64,000 bases of DNA from an uncultured Chloroflexia bacterium (lineage in GTDB: Bacteria > Chloroflexota > Limnocylindria > Limnocylindrales > CSP1-4), in the NCBI GenBank assembly GCA_963712745.1, contig CAVQJC010000001.1, positions 384,001-448,000 on the forward strand, written 5' to 3'. Positions 32,185 to 43,232 of this stretch are shown one piece after another. The notes under the pieces were generated by a model. It made no database searches. It was given only the letters and a program-made list of their open reading frames with translations, and was not told the DNA's origin. Both the position numbers and the translations under genes were made by a program. Within the stretch, counting starts at the first letter, position 1. Each line of letters starts with the position of its first letter.

Positions 32185-33145
32185 TGGCGCGACGCTCACA
32201 CCGGGGAAGGTCCGCGGACTGGCGGCCACATCCACCCGCGAAGGCGTCTTCTGCATCCTCGCCATCGACCACCGCGATTCGTTGCGAATCGTCCTCGATC
32301 CATCCGATCCGGACGGTATCCCCGCAGCCGCCCTGACCGCGATCAAGCTCGAGCTGCTGGACGGTCTCGCTGACGAAGCCAGCGCGGTGATGCTGGAGCC
32401 TGAGTACAGCGCGGCACAAGCGATCGTCACGCGTACCCTGCCCGGCCATGTCGGCTTCCTCGCTGCGGTCGAAGCACAGGGCTACCTGGGCGACCCGGCG
32501 GCGAGACAAACGTTGCTGCTCGAGGGCTGGAGCGTAGCGAAGGCCAAGCGACTCGGCGCCAACGGCATCAAGTTGCTGGTGCTCTATCGCCCGGATGGGG
32601 GAGCCATCTCCGAGGCACAGGAGCGCACCGTCGCGGACGTCGTCGAGGACTGCGCGCGATGGGACATCCCGTTGTTCCTAGAGCCGCTGCTGTACGAGGC
32701 CAGCGATGGCGCGACGACGGAGCGCCGCGCGCTGGTCATCGAAACCGTGCGGCGGTTGGGCGCACTCGGCCCGGACGTGCTCAAGGTGCAATTTCCGGTG
32801 GACACCGATGTAGAGCCCGACCGCGCACGCTGGCGGGATGCGTGTGCCGAGCTCGACGACGCTGCGCCGGTGCCGTGGGCACTGCTATCAGGCGGCGGTA
32901 GCTACGCGCGGTTCCGCGAGCAACTTGAGATCGCCTGTGCAGCGGGCGCATCGGGTTTCATGGTCGGTCGAGCGCTATGGGGCGAGTACGTGACTGCATC
33001 CCTGGTCGCCCGTCCGGAGCTCCTCCGGATGACGGTGCAGCCACGCTTCGCCGAACTCTCTTCGATCGCGCGTGCACAGGGTCGCGACTGGGGCCAGCGC
33101 CACACGCTGCCGGGCGTGGACGAGCAGTGGTACAGGTCGTATTGA
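32177..33145 (+). CDS. LacD-type class I aldolase (tagatose-1,6-bisphosphate aldolase family)
   Basis: LAIDHRDSL, SAVMLEPEY, KLLVLYRPD, DVLKVQFP, ASGFMVGRALW. Confidence 0.85.
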   Translation: MTDGATLTPGKVRGLAATSTREGVFCILAIDHRDSLRIVLDPSDPDGIPAAALTAIKLELLDGLADEASAVMLEPEYSAAQAIVTRTLPGHVGFLAAVEAQGYLGDPAARQTLLLEGWSVAKAKRLGANGIKLLVLYRPDGGAISEAQERTVADVVEDCARWDIPLFLEPLLYEASDGATTERRALVIETVRRLGALGPDVLKVQFPVDTDVEPDRARWRDACAELDDAAPVPWALLSGGGSYARFREQLEIACAAGASGFMVGRALWGEYVTASLVARPELLRMTVQPRFAELSSIARAQGRDWGQRHTLPGVDEQWYRSY

Positions 33146-33177
33146 AACCGCACGATCTGCGTACAACGGCGCCATCG

Positions 33178-34224
33178 TCAGCCCGTGACGGTATGGGCGG
33201 AGGTCGGTCCGGTGACGCCGGCAGCTTCATAGATCCTTCCGATGAGCTGCAGATTGGCCACGGCATCCTCGGGCGGGACCGGCGCAGGGCGTCCATCGAG
33301 GATAGCCATGGCGAAGGCTGTGGCCTGCAGACCGTACTGGTCGGCCGCCGGGACTTCGATCGTCCGTATCGACGAGTGGTGCGGATGGGCGTCGCCGCCA
33401 GTGCCGAGGGTGATCGTGGTCCGGTACGTCGCGGGGCAGTTGAAGGGATCAGCGACCGACAGCCAGCCGGAGGTGCCATGCAGGCGCACGCGGTGGTCGG
33501 GCTCGTGCTCCATGCCGACCGTGAATGCGGCACTCGCGTCGCCGTAGTCGAGGATGGCGCTGAAGGCCAAGTCGATCTCATTCGCCGCGTCCAGCCGAGC
33601 CGTGGCCAGCACCATCCGCGGATCATCGCCCAGCAACCAGCGGCTGAGGTTGACCGCGTAGCAGCCCACGTCCAGCAGGGCCCCGCCGCCCCGCGCCATC
33701 GTCGTGCGATAGTCGCTCGACTCCAGCCGCGAGCGGAAGGCAAACCAGATCTCGAGCTCCAGCAACCGGCCGATGGCACCATCTGCGAGCAGGCGACGCA
33801 CCTCGGCCCAGGCCGGATGGAAGCGATACATGAAGGCTTCCATGAGGAGCACCTGTCGCTCGCGGCAGTAGGCCGCCACCGATTCCGCCTCGGCCGCGTC
33901 CAGGGCCAGCGGCTTCTCGCAGAGGATGTGCTTCCCGGCATCGGCAGCGGTCCGTATCCACGGCGCGTGCAGGTCGTTCGGAAGCGGCAGGTACACCGCG
34001 TCGATGTCGGGGTCTGCGAGCAGTGCCTCGTACGTGCCATAGACGCGGTCGATGCCGTATTTGGCAGCTGCAGCTTCTCCGCGGTGTCGGTCACGCGAAG
34101 CCACCGCCCTCAGCTCACACAGCTCGGCATCGCGGATCGCGGCGAAGACGTGGTTCGTCGCGATCCGGGCCGTGCCCAGGACGCCCCACTTCACCGTCTG
34201 CTGCGTCGCTCGTGCCTCGGTCAC
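33178..34224 (-). CDS. Gfo/Idh/MocA oxidoreductase (xylose dehydrogenase-like)
   Basis: WGVLGTARIA, PLPNDLH, LCEKP, MEAFMYRFHP, GGGALLDVGCY. Confidence 0.9.
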   Translation of the reverse strand: MTEARATQQTVKWGVLGTARIATNHVFAAIRDAELCELRAVASRDRHRGEAAAAKYGIDRVYGTYEALLADPDIDAVYLPLPNDLHAPWIRTAADAGKHILCEKPLALDAAEAESVAAYCRERQVLLMEAFMYRFHPAWAEVRRLLADGAIGRLLELEIWFAFRSRLESSDYRTTMARGGGALLDVGCYAVNLSRWLLGDDPRMVLATARLDAANEIDLAFSAILDYGDASAAFTVGMEHEPDHRVRLHGTSGWLSVADPFNCPATYRTTITLGTGGDAHPHHSSIRTIEVPAADQYGLQATAFAMAILDGRPAPVPPEDAVANLQLIGRIYEAAGVTGPTSAHTVTG

Positions 34225-34399
34225 TTTCGCCGCCTCCCTGCGGGGTTTGCATGCGCCAGCCTACTGGACCCGGAGGCGCCATGATGCCCCTGAAGCGGGC
34301 CGCCATCGGGTCCCGCGGATGACCGCACGGGGACGAAGCGGCGATAGCTTCAACCAGAAGCCGTGGGTGGCCCAGCTCCGGCTACTCTCGCGCGCGATC

Positions 34400-35833
34400 C
34401 TACCACTCGGTGGCTGCCACGGCCTCGGGGGTGATGACGTAGGTCTCGATCTGGCCCGCCCCCGTAGCCGTTGGTGGACCTGAAGCCTGGACCCACACCG
34501 AGCCGTCCGGCGCGATGTCGAAGGCGTAAACGCACACATCGCGGAGATGTCGAGCCAACGTCGTGCCGTCGAACCGGGCGATCCCCTCGCAGCTCGCAGG
34601 GTCCTCCACGTCCGGCGTCAGCCAGACGCTTCCGTCCGCTGCCGTCTGGAGGAACGACCAGCTATGGGTGCGTGGTCCCATCAACGGAACGCCCTCATCG
34701 CTGGAATAGATGGTCGTCGGTCCACCCTCGACGTGCACGAGGTAGGGAGTGGGCAGGGACGACGCCTCGCCGTCGGCCAGGCCCTGACCGGCGAGCGGAA
34801 CCATGGTCTGTTGATAGATCCAGTAGTCACCATGGACACCCATGTCCACCGGCCCGAGTCCGATCGACAGTGCGCCAGCCGGGCCGTAGCTGCCACCACC
34901 GGCCTGGGGAAAGCCCAGCCACAGCTCGCAACCTGGGCAACCTTCGTCCTCATCCATCAGCAGGAGGACTTCCACCTCGGCGTCCGGTCGCTCATAGCTC
35001 TGGGCGAAGAAGTCGTGGACGACCGGGCTGACCCAGAGATCGCTCACTCGTGGTCCTGCGTCCCCGCCCACGTCTCCGACCTCGACCCAGCCCGTCCCGT
35101 TGAAGCGTTCGAGGGTCGAGCCATCGGTGGCCCAGACCGTGCCGTCTGGCTGCATGTCGAAGGCCGTGACGCCTTCCTTCCGGACCGTCCACGTGCCATC
35201 GGTGAAGGACACCAGGTGGCCACCGTTGATCGTCCAAAGCACGCCATCAGGGGCCACCTTTACCTTCTGTCCCTGGCGACCTCCGATCTCCCTGCCCACT
35301 GGATAGCTGTGCTCGTCACCGACTCGAAAGAAATCGTCATGCCCAACGACCCAGACGCTGCCGTCGAGCCCCGCCACGACGTTGGTGCGGTAGAACGCCT
35401 GGGGCCCATCGCCCGCTCCGGCCACTGGTCGAGACAGGTCACGCACACCATCACTGACGACACGGAATACTCCCTGCTCGACTCTTTCAGCGGAGAGAGC
35501 CACGCCTGACAGCAGATCGGGCATGACCGAGGCCTCCGGCGCTGCTGTCGCAGTTGCGGTCGCTCCAGGCACCGTTGACGCCCCGACCACTGGCAGCGAC
35601 TCCTGGCTCGCCTGCTGCGTGAGAACGCCCGCGAGCAGGAACCCGCCGAAGAGCGCCACGATGGCACCCGCGACGATGAACTTGGTCGCACTGAACATGG
35701 TCTGGAACCTCCACCTGGGGGATGTGGTCGTGGTGGCGTGCACGATCTCCATGGCATCGAAGCGCGGCAGCGGACCGATCTCGCGTCGCAACTCATCGCC
35801 GATCTGGCGTTCGAAGGCGGTCATGTCGTCCAT
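34400..35833 (-). CDS. Putative anti-sigma/sensor: short cytoplasmic N-terminus, one TM helix, extracellular beta-propeller-like domain
   Basis: TM IVAGAIVALFGGFLLAGVL; repeated xDGxVW motifs; TGATG overlap with sigma gene. Confidence 0.7.
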   Translation of the reverse strand: MDDMTAFERQIGDELRREIGPLPRFDAMEIVHATTTTSPRWRFQTMFSATKFIVAGAIVALFGGFLLAGVLTQQASQESLPVVGASTVPGATATATAAPEASVMPDLLSGVALSAERVEQGVFRVVSDGVRDLSRPVAGAGDGPQAFYRTNVVAGLDGSVWVVGHDDFFRVGDEHSYPVGREIGGRQGQKVKVAPDGVLWTINGGHLVSFTDGTWTVRKEGVTAFDMQPDGTVWATDGSTLERFNGTGWVEVGDVGGDAGPRVSDLWVSPVVHDFFAQSYERPDAEVEVLLLMDEDEGCPGCELWLGFPQAGGGSYGPAGALSIGLGPVDMGVHGDYWIYQQTMVPLAGQGLADGEASSLPTPYLVHVEGGPTTIYSSDEGVPLMGPRTHSWSFLQTAADGSVWLTPDVEDPASCEGIARFDGTTLARHLRDVCVYAFDIAPDGSVWVQASGPPTATGAGQIETYVITPEAVAATEW

Positions 35834-36375
35834 CAGTCGAGGTCCTGTCGTAGCAGATCCAGGAGGCGCTTCAGTCGTTGACGGGTGCCCGCTGGGCTGA
35901 TCCCGAGGGCGGTCGAGAGTTCCGTCGCGTCGAAGCCGAGGACGTAGCGCATCGTGAGAAGCGCTCGGTCATCAGGGTCCAGTCGCTGCATGGCCGCACG
36001 GAGATCCATCCCATCGACCCCTGTCGCCGGGTCGGTGCCGCCCCGCTTCTCGGATGCATCGACGACGACCTCTACTTCAGAGCGCCTTCGTCGCTTGCGC
36101 ATGAGTTGCTTCGCTTCATTCACTGCGACCGAGATGAGCCAGGGGCGAAGGCGCTCCGGCTGGCGGACCGATCCGAGTTTCTTCCAGGCGATGGACCAGG
36201 CCGCTTGCACGGCCTCCTCGGCCATGAGCCGATCGCGGCAGACGATCACACAGATGCCGTACATCTCGTTCTGGTATGCGGTCACGATGCTACCGAACGC
36301 GATGTCGTCTCCGGCAGCGGCGGAGGCGAGAGCTACCGAGAGGTCCCGATCAGCCGTGTTGGTCATCGCCTCCAT
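35833..36375 (-). CDS. ECF RNA polymerase sigma factor
   Basis: Region 2 AEEAVQ...LRPWLISVAVN; region 4 LDPDDRALLTMRY...GTRQRLKR; 180 aa. Confidence 0.9.
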   Translation of the reverse strand: MEAMTNTADRDLSVALASAAAGDDIAFGSIVTAYQNEMYGICVIVCRDRLMAEEAVQAAWSIAWKKLGSVRQPERLRPWLISVAVNEAKQLMRKRRRRSEVEVVVDASEKRGGTDPATGVDGMDLRAAMQRLDPDDRALLTMRYVLGFDATELSTALGISPAGTRQRLKRLLDLLRQDLD

Positions 36376-36382
36376 ACCTGGT

Positions 36383-36411
36383 TAGATGCATGGCGAGCGC
36401 AAAGTGTGACA
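36383..36411 (-). promoter_or_regulatory. Candidate ECF autoregulatory promoter TGTCACA-N16-CATCTA
   Basis: Minus strand reads TGTCACA ctttgcgctcgccatg CATCTA, ending 7 nt before the sigma ATG. Confidence 0.6.
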
Positions 36412-36611
36412 GCGGCCAGGATCAACTCGGGAGTGGAAGGATGCGCAGGACCGTGAAGGCGAGAGTGTTCGATGCAACCTCGGCGGGGCCGTCAGCACTA
36501 CCTCGGCGACCCGCGCCTCGGGCTAGCACTCATGCGGGCAGGCCACCCGGTCCGAGTCCGGCCTCACATCGGCTGCTGGGAGTCACAAGGAAGCCTGGTT
36601 CCACTCACATG

Positions 36612-36701
36612 TGGCGGAGAGGGTGGGATTCGAACCCACGAGACGCTTGCACGCCCAACGGTTTTCAAGACCGTCGCTTTCAACCACTCAGCCACCTCTC
36701 C
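36612..36701 (-). tRNA. tRNA-Ser (anticodon TGA)
   Basis: GGAGAGGTGGCTGAGTGG...CT-TGA-AA, long variable arm, GGTTCGAATCC, encoded CCA; 90 nt; TATCCT -10 box upstream. Confidence 0.97.
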
Positions 36702-37025
36702 AGCAGCGGCAGGATAGCAGCGAGGCGGGCCACGAGCTCCCCAACGGCGAACGAAGCTAGCTGAATACGCCCCCACGGGACGGCCATGCGGACAGCAGCA
36801 CCCTCGACCTCATTGACGCCGCCGTTTGCCAGCTGGCTGGTGCGCGACGTCAGCGCCACCGTATGTGCGCGTCGCGCAAGCGCACAGGCATCCGACAGGC
36901 GTACCTCGCTCGTGAAACGAGCATTGTGAATTCGACACTTGACTTCGGCATTCGCTTGCTTGAGATTCCGTCGATTGGATCCCCAACGGCGTCGGGCCAG
37001 TCCGCCGAAAGATTCGGAGTCAGCC

Positions 37026-37694
37026 GTGGATGCCACCCTACTTCATCCCCGTAGAGCAACCAGGCGCTCGTTTCACGCGGTCGTTGTCGGGGCCCTCCTC
37101 GCAGCCGTCGTGATCGGATCGCCGGTGGCAGCTGCCAGTACTCCCTTGAAACGGAACCTGGTGAAGAATCCCGGAGCCCAGGCGGGCATCAGCCGCTGGG
37201 AGACGTTTCCGCCGTCCGATTTCACGACCCACGCCTACGGGCCACCTGGTTTCGGCTTCCCATCCAAGGCCGCCTCCCATGCCATCGGTGGGAGTTCCCT
37301 GTTCTTCTACGCCGGCTTGTATGACTACGGCTACGGCACATGCGGGGATGCGCAGCAGGCCATCAGGCTCAGACACCTCGGTTCAGCGGTCGATCGCGGA
37401 CACATCAAGGTGACGTTCACGGGTTATGCCGGCACGAATGGCGGTGCGAGTATCACCGCCCACACCGACCTGTACTTCCGTGATGGCCGGAACCACTCGG
37501 TCTCCAAGAACGGCTTCACGCGTTCGTTCACGAGCACGAATGAACAGTACGAGCGAGTCTGGGGTTCGACGAAGCTGCCAAGGAAGACGCGCATCCTGCG
37601 CGTCCACCTTTGGGCCGACGGCGACGACACGACGACCTCGGGCGATTGCCAGGCATTCTGGGACAACATCAAGGTCACGCTGAAGCGCGTCTAG
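37026..37694 (+). CDS. Secreted basic protein with a galactose-binding/FBA-like jelly-roll domain
   Basis: Signal peptide ending VAA-AS; NLVKNPGA at N-terminus and FWDNIKVTL at C-terminus, typical of CBM4/FBA-like folds. Confidence 0.6.
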   Translation: MDATLLHPRRATRRSFHAVVVGALLAAVVIGSPVAAASTPLKRNLVKNPGAQAGISRWETFPPSDFTTHAYGPPGFGFPSKAASHAIGGSSLFFYAGLYDYGYGTCGDAQQAIRLRHLGSAVDRGHIKVTFTGYAGTNGGASITAHTDLYFRDGRNHSVSKNGFTRSFTSTNEQYERVWGSTKLPRKTRILRVHLWADGDDTTTSGDCQAFWDNIKVTLKRV

Positions 37695-37715
37695 GCGCCC
37701 GCTGCGGTACGGTCC

Positions 37716-40700
37716 GTGGCCCAGAGGATGAAGATCGGTCGTCGCGACCGCCCCCCGATGCTGCGCAACGATGGTCGCCGCTGGCCAGCGATGAGCCTGG
37801 GCTTGCTGCTCGCGTTGGTGCCATCGGTGGCAGGGTCAGCCAGCGCCACGTTGGCACAGTCGGATTGTGGCAACGAGGTGGAGCCCAACGATGCCCCGGA
37901 GCAAGCTGCTTCCGTAGTTGGAGCATTCTGCCGTGTGGGCACCTTGCCCGACGGCGACCAGGACCTGTTCGTCTGGGAACTCGATGCAGCAGACGCATCC
38001 AGCCGATGGACCATCTCGATCGACGGTGTGCCAGGGACCTCTACCGTCGTGCAGGTGATACCCATCACCTCCGATCAAGGCGTGTCCCCCATGGCGGTCG
38101 GCAGCCCGTTGGTGAAGGTGTCGACTGAACCACAGGCTGAGAGTCCCACCACGCAACCTGACCTGCTGCTCGGGCAGGGACGCTATCTGCTGGGAGTCTC
38201 GCGTTCCCCACTCCCGGACGGCTCCAGCCCGACCACGTTTGGGTACGCCCTTTCCATCAGTCCCGGGGCCACGATGCCCGAACCGGGTGACGCGGAACCG
38301 AATGATGATGAGGCGCATGCCAGTCCGGCGAGTGGGACGTTCTCGCTGAGCGGCGACGGCGCCAGCACCGACGATGTCTTCGCCTGGACGCTCAGTGAGG
38401 CGGATGCCCTGCAGGCCTGGCAACTCGATGTCCTCGGTCAGGTCGGTGCGTACTACTACCTGACGCTCGCCGGCCAGGATGGCCAGCAACTTGTCTCGGT
38501 CTCGGACGATGCGCTGGGGGCTGCCCACCTGTACGATCTGCGGCTTGCTGCGGGCACCTACTTGGTGACGGTCAGCAACCAGGGCGAAGGGGTACGTCCA
38601 TATGCCCTGGCAAGTCGCGCTAATGAGCCTGGTCAAGCCGATGCAGAGCCCGATGACGATACTGGTCAAGCGCTGCCGATCGACCCGGAAACGCGCGTCG
38701 CACGAGGGCGACTCGCGCGCTCTGGTGATATCGATACCTTTCGGTTCGCCGTAGACGAAGCGGGTGCCTCACTCCAGATGGATGTCACCTTGCTCTGGCG
38801 CGGGACTACGACGCGCCAGGTCTGCCTGCTCGATGCGGGAGGCGCGACGCTCCAGTGCCAGGCTGGCAAGTCGGGGGCGGTCCTGCGCGGGCTCGTCTTG
38901 CCGGTTGGCGACTACTTCGTCCAGGTCAGCGGCGATAGCGACCTGAACGATGCATACGCGCTACGGATCGATCCGACCAGCCCACCCGCGCCGGATTTCG
39001 AGGCTGAGCCCAACGACAGTCCGGCCACGGCGACCCACTTCACCCCGGACCTCACCATGCGCGGCTACCAGATCGAGACCGATCCAGACGTGTTCAAGGT
39101 GAGCGTGTCGGGCGATCCACAGCTCTGGCAGGTCGATGCGACGGGGGATCACATCAGCCAGCTGCGCTGGGTCGGCGCGGATGGCATCGACCTGGCAACT
39201 GCGGACGTCGGCGCCGACGGACAGAGCGCGAGGGTGACTGACATGTACCTCATCCCCGGAGACTTCTGGGTGCGCATCGATGGGGCCGGCGACTATGCCC
39301 TGAGCCTGACGGCGCTAGGTCCGCCGGTGACAGGGGGCGAGCGCGAGTCCAACAACGTCAGCGATGCCGCGGAGCCGCTGCTCATGGGCGATACCCGGAG
39401 CGGGAGACTGGCCGGGCCGACGGATATCGATGTGTTCCGTCTCTCACTCTCGGCCCCCGAGCACATCCGCATCGATCTGGCGCCCCCTCCAGATGGGGCC
39501 ATCGCGATGGCGCTGATGCAGGATGGCGACACGATCGCGCAGGTGCGCTCCCCGGAAGTTGGCCGGCGACTAAGCTACGACGCGCAGCTGTCCGCCGGCG
39601 ACTACGAGATCTGGCTGAGCACCGGGACCCCGAGTGAGCAACGCTACGACCTCACGGTCAGTCGCGAAGATCCTTTCGCGTACGCCCTGGACCAGGAGCC
39701 CAACGACACGGCCAAGACCGCCCGCACGCTGCACCAAGGCATGCTCATCGCAGGATCCGCATGGGTGCCCTATGACGAGGACTGGTACCGGCTTGAGCCC
39801 CTGGCTGACGGCGCGGAACTCCGGGTCAGCGCGAATGGAGCGGTCGATCGCGTAGAACTTAGCGACGGCGCCAGCAGTATCGAGCTGATCCAGGATGAGC
39901 TCGACGGGGCCCTCGTGGCCCAGGAGCCCCCGATCGGCGTGCCGCTCTTCCTTCGGGTCGTCGCGATCGGCGACTATCAACTGACCGCCAACGACGTGGG
40001 CATGCTCACGGACGGTGGGGACCCGTCAGCGGCGAGCACGCTGACGGCACCGCTTCCAGCTTCCCTCGCGGTCCGCCTGGATACGTCGGCTGTGGCGGCG
40101 TACTGGCCTGCGGGCCAGCGTGTCGCCGGTACCATCTCGATCACCAACACATCCGCTGTACCGCTCGAGCTGGACCTCGATAGCGTCACGAGCCACTACC
40201 TCTGGAGCACCGAGCTCGACCAGCGACACGTGACCGTGCCCGCGGACACGGCTATCGAGGTGCCGCTGATGGTCCGGATCCTCCCTGATGCCTGGGCTGA
40301 CGTGCCAGCGCGCGTGACCGTGCGCGCCCGGGATGCAAGCGGAGCTACGGCCACCGGCTACGCCGAACTGACACCTAGTCGCGACACAGTGCCCAGTGAC
40401 CCGGTGCAAGCCTGGTCGGTGCCGGCTGCATTGCTCGGCGGCCTCGATGTCGCCTCTGCTGCGCTGGGCGGAGTGCCCGGGGGCTCCAGTCGACGTCGAC
40501 CAGGAGGCGAAGCTACATGACGGCGTGACCCCATCGGGTGACGGCTTCGGGGTGCCATTTACCGAAGGCCAGCCACTCACGTTGACGGTTGATCTGGCCG
40601 GAGACGAGCCGGTCCTCGTGGCAGGCACGATCCTCGACCCGCAGGCGCGAGGGATGCCCATCGACGGACTGCCGCATCATTTCGCACTGCTCCTGTCGGA

Positions 40701-43230
40701 CGATGGGGCGAATTTCACGGTCGCACTCGAAGATGACCTGGACCCGCTGGCCATCGACCAAACGTTCGAACTGCCGACGCCCATGCCAGCACGGTACGCG
40801 CAGCTGCGCATCGATTCCGTCTATGGGTCGGCCGCGACGACGACCGCCGTGCTCGGCGAGTGGAAGGTCGTGGCCGTGCCCGGTGACACACCGATACCGG
40901 GCCTGCTCAACATCGCCGACCCGATGCGTGGCGGGCACGTCGTCTGGATGGACCCGCAATCAGAAGATCTCACGTTCGCCGACACGCTTCTCGACGAGGA
41001 CACCGCGCGGCAGACACTCTCCGCGACGCCCGGGACTCGGCTTGCGTGGGCGATCGGGTTCCAGGATGATCGGGCGGCGCGCATCGAGCGGCTCGAATGG
41101 GTCGACCCACCGGACACCGATGCGAGCATGCGATTCAAGCAAGTGGACATCGCCGTTACCACGGGCAGCGCCATCGGCCCGTGGCGGGACATGGGCACCT
41201 GGGACCTGTCCCGCGGCGATGACGGCAGCGTGGCGCCCTTCACGTTCGAAACACCCGAGTGGGCTCGCTTCGTGCGCTATTCGGGCAAGGCTGTGCCAAA
41301 AGGTGGCTATGCCGCCGAAGAGCCAGCGGTCCTGCGCATCCTTGAGACACCGACGGACGACGCCTATCGATCGGTCCTGGGCGAATGGGGCCAGACCAGT
41401 CGCAGTGGCCCATTCGAATGGCTGGAGCCACCAGACGTCACGGCGCCTCCGAGTGTCGCGGAGGCCAACGACTCGCCTGCGACTGCCCAGGCCTTGCCAG
41501 CCGCTACCAAGGTCACCGATCGCGTCCAGGCCGAACACGACGTCGACTGGTACTCGTTCACCGTCCCGCGCGGGCAGAACAGCGTCACGTTCACCGTCGG
41601 CGGTCAGCCGAGCGTCGGGGTCAGCCTAAGCCTCGCGGACGTCGACGGGACGACCGTACCGATGACGTTCATGGAGGGGGATGCTCCGGGCACGGTCAGC
41701 TATAGCGCCCCGGTCGCGGGAGGTGCCTCCTATCGTGTGCTGGTCGAGCAGCCGCCCTTCTCCGCGGTGGTGACCTTCGACACCAGCGGCAGCATGGGCG
41801 ACTACCTCTCGTTCGTCCGACAGGCATTGCGCTCCTATGCCGACGGAGTCACGCAGGGCCAGGAGACCATCCAGGTCGTGCCCTTCGAGGCGCAGCCCTT
41901 GCTGCCGGACTGGAGCGACGATGCCTACGTCCTGGGTAATGCCGTGGCTGGCTACGTACCTGGCGATGGGTCCAGCTCGGCTGAGGCCGCGCTGCTTGAT
42001 GCCAGCAAGTTGCTGACGGGGCACGAGGGTGCGCGGGCCATCCTGGTCGTCACCGATGGCGAGACCTCGTCGTTCGCCAAGAGCACACAGCTCTGGAACG
42101 AGCTCGCCGCCGTGCGACCGGTCATCTTCGCGGTCCACGTGGGCGGTGACTCAGAGCCGCGTCAGAGCCGCCACTTCATGCAGGATTGGTCTGACGCGGC
42201 TGGCGGCTACTACCAGTACGCGCGCACGCATGCCGAGATCGATCGGGCCTTCGATCGCATGGCCACGTGGCTGCGCCGCCCCGCCGCCTACACGCTCTCG
42301 TATGCGACATCGATCGAGCAGCTGCCTCCTCCCGAGCCCGGGTCCCTCGACGTGGTCAGCTGGCCAAGTGCGGATGGCAGTCCTAGCCAGCCCACCGTTG
42401 GCAAGGACGTGGCGATCGAACTGATCCTCGATACCTCGGGCAGCATGCTCGGATCGTTCGGCGGGAAGCGCCGCATCGATGTGGCCAAGGAGGCCTTCAC
42501 GAGCCTCGTCGATGATGGTCTGCCGGCTGGCGTCCCGGTCGCGCTGCGGGTCTTCGGAGACCGCGGGGACCAGTGTGCGACCCGTCTGGCCGTGCCCTTC
42601 GGCCCGCTTGACCCGCGCACGCTGACCCGGTTGGTGGATGGGATCGACGTCATCCAGGCGACCGATACACCCATCGCCGCGGCGCTGAGCCGTGCGCCAG
42701 AGGACCTGGGCAGTTCGAGCGGCAGCCGCATCGTGCTGCTCATCACCGACAGCGAGGAGACCTGGCCGAACCAGGATCTGTGTGGCCGGGATCCGGCCGA
42801 GGCTATCCGCAAGATCCGGCGTGAGGGCATCACCAGCGTGAACGTCATCGGCCTCGCAGTCAACGACCGGAAGGCCACCCAGACGATGAAGCAGTGGGCT
42901 CGCGTGGGCAACGGCAGCTACTTCAAGGCAGGCAGCCTCGAGCAACTGGCGGCTGCGGTCAGGTCGGCGGTGAGCGCGCCGTACGCGGTCTTCGACGCAG
43001 CCGGCACGGAGGTCGCGAACGGCGTCGTCAACGCCGCACCCGTGCAGTTGCCGCCGGGCAGCTACCGGGTCGTCGTCTCGAGCGATCCGGAGGTCACCTT
43101 CGAAGCCGTAGCGCTCGAAAGCGGCCGGTCAGTGACGGTCACCATGCCCAACGCCGAACCAACGCCGCCACCGAGCGCGAACCAGCCGGCCGAAGAGGCA
43201 CCAGCGACAGCCCCGCCAGAAGGGACCTAG
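37716..43230 (+). CDS. Giant secreted protein with about 7 PPC-like repeats, Ig/discoidin-like domains and two VWA domains (frameshift near 40480)
   Basis: Signal peptide; EPND-like...DxDxF/Y repeats; two MIDAS DTSGSM motifs with VTDG and ITDS; Pro/Ala/Glu tail. Confidence 0.8.
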
Positions 43231-43232
43231 GA

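Noticed and set aside
36612-36701. Selenocysteine or suppressor tRNA; integrative element at the tRNA
   Set aside because: The anticodon is TGA (reads UCA, Ser), not TCA. No integrase or duplicated tRNA 3' end was seen in the window.
36908-36922. Hairpin GCTCGT-GAA-ACGAGC upstream of the exported-protein block
   Set aside because: A single short inverted repeat with no second copy noticed; too little to call an operator or terminator.
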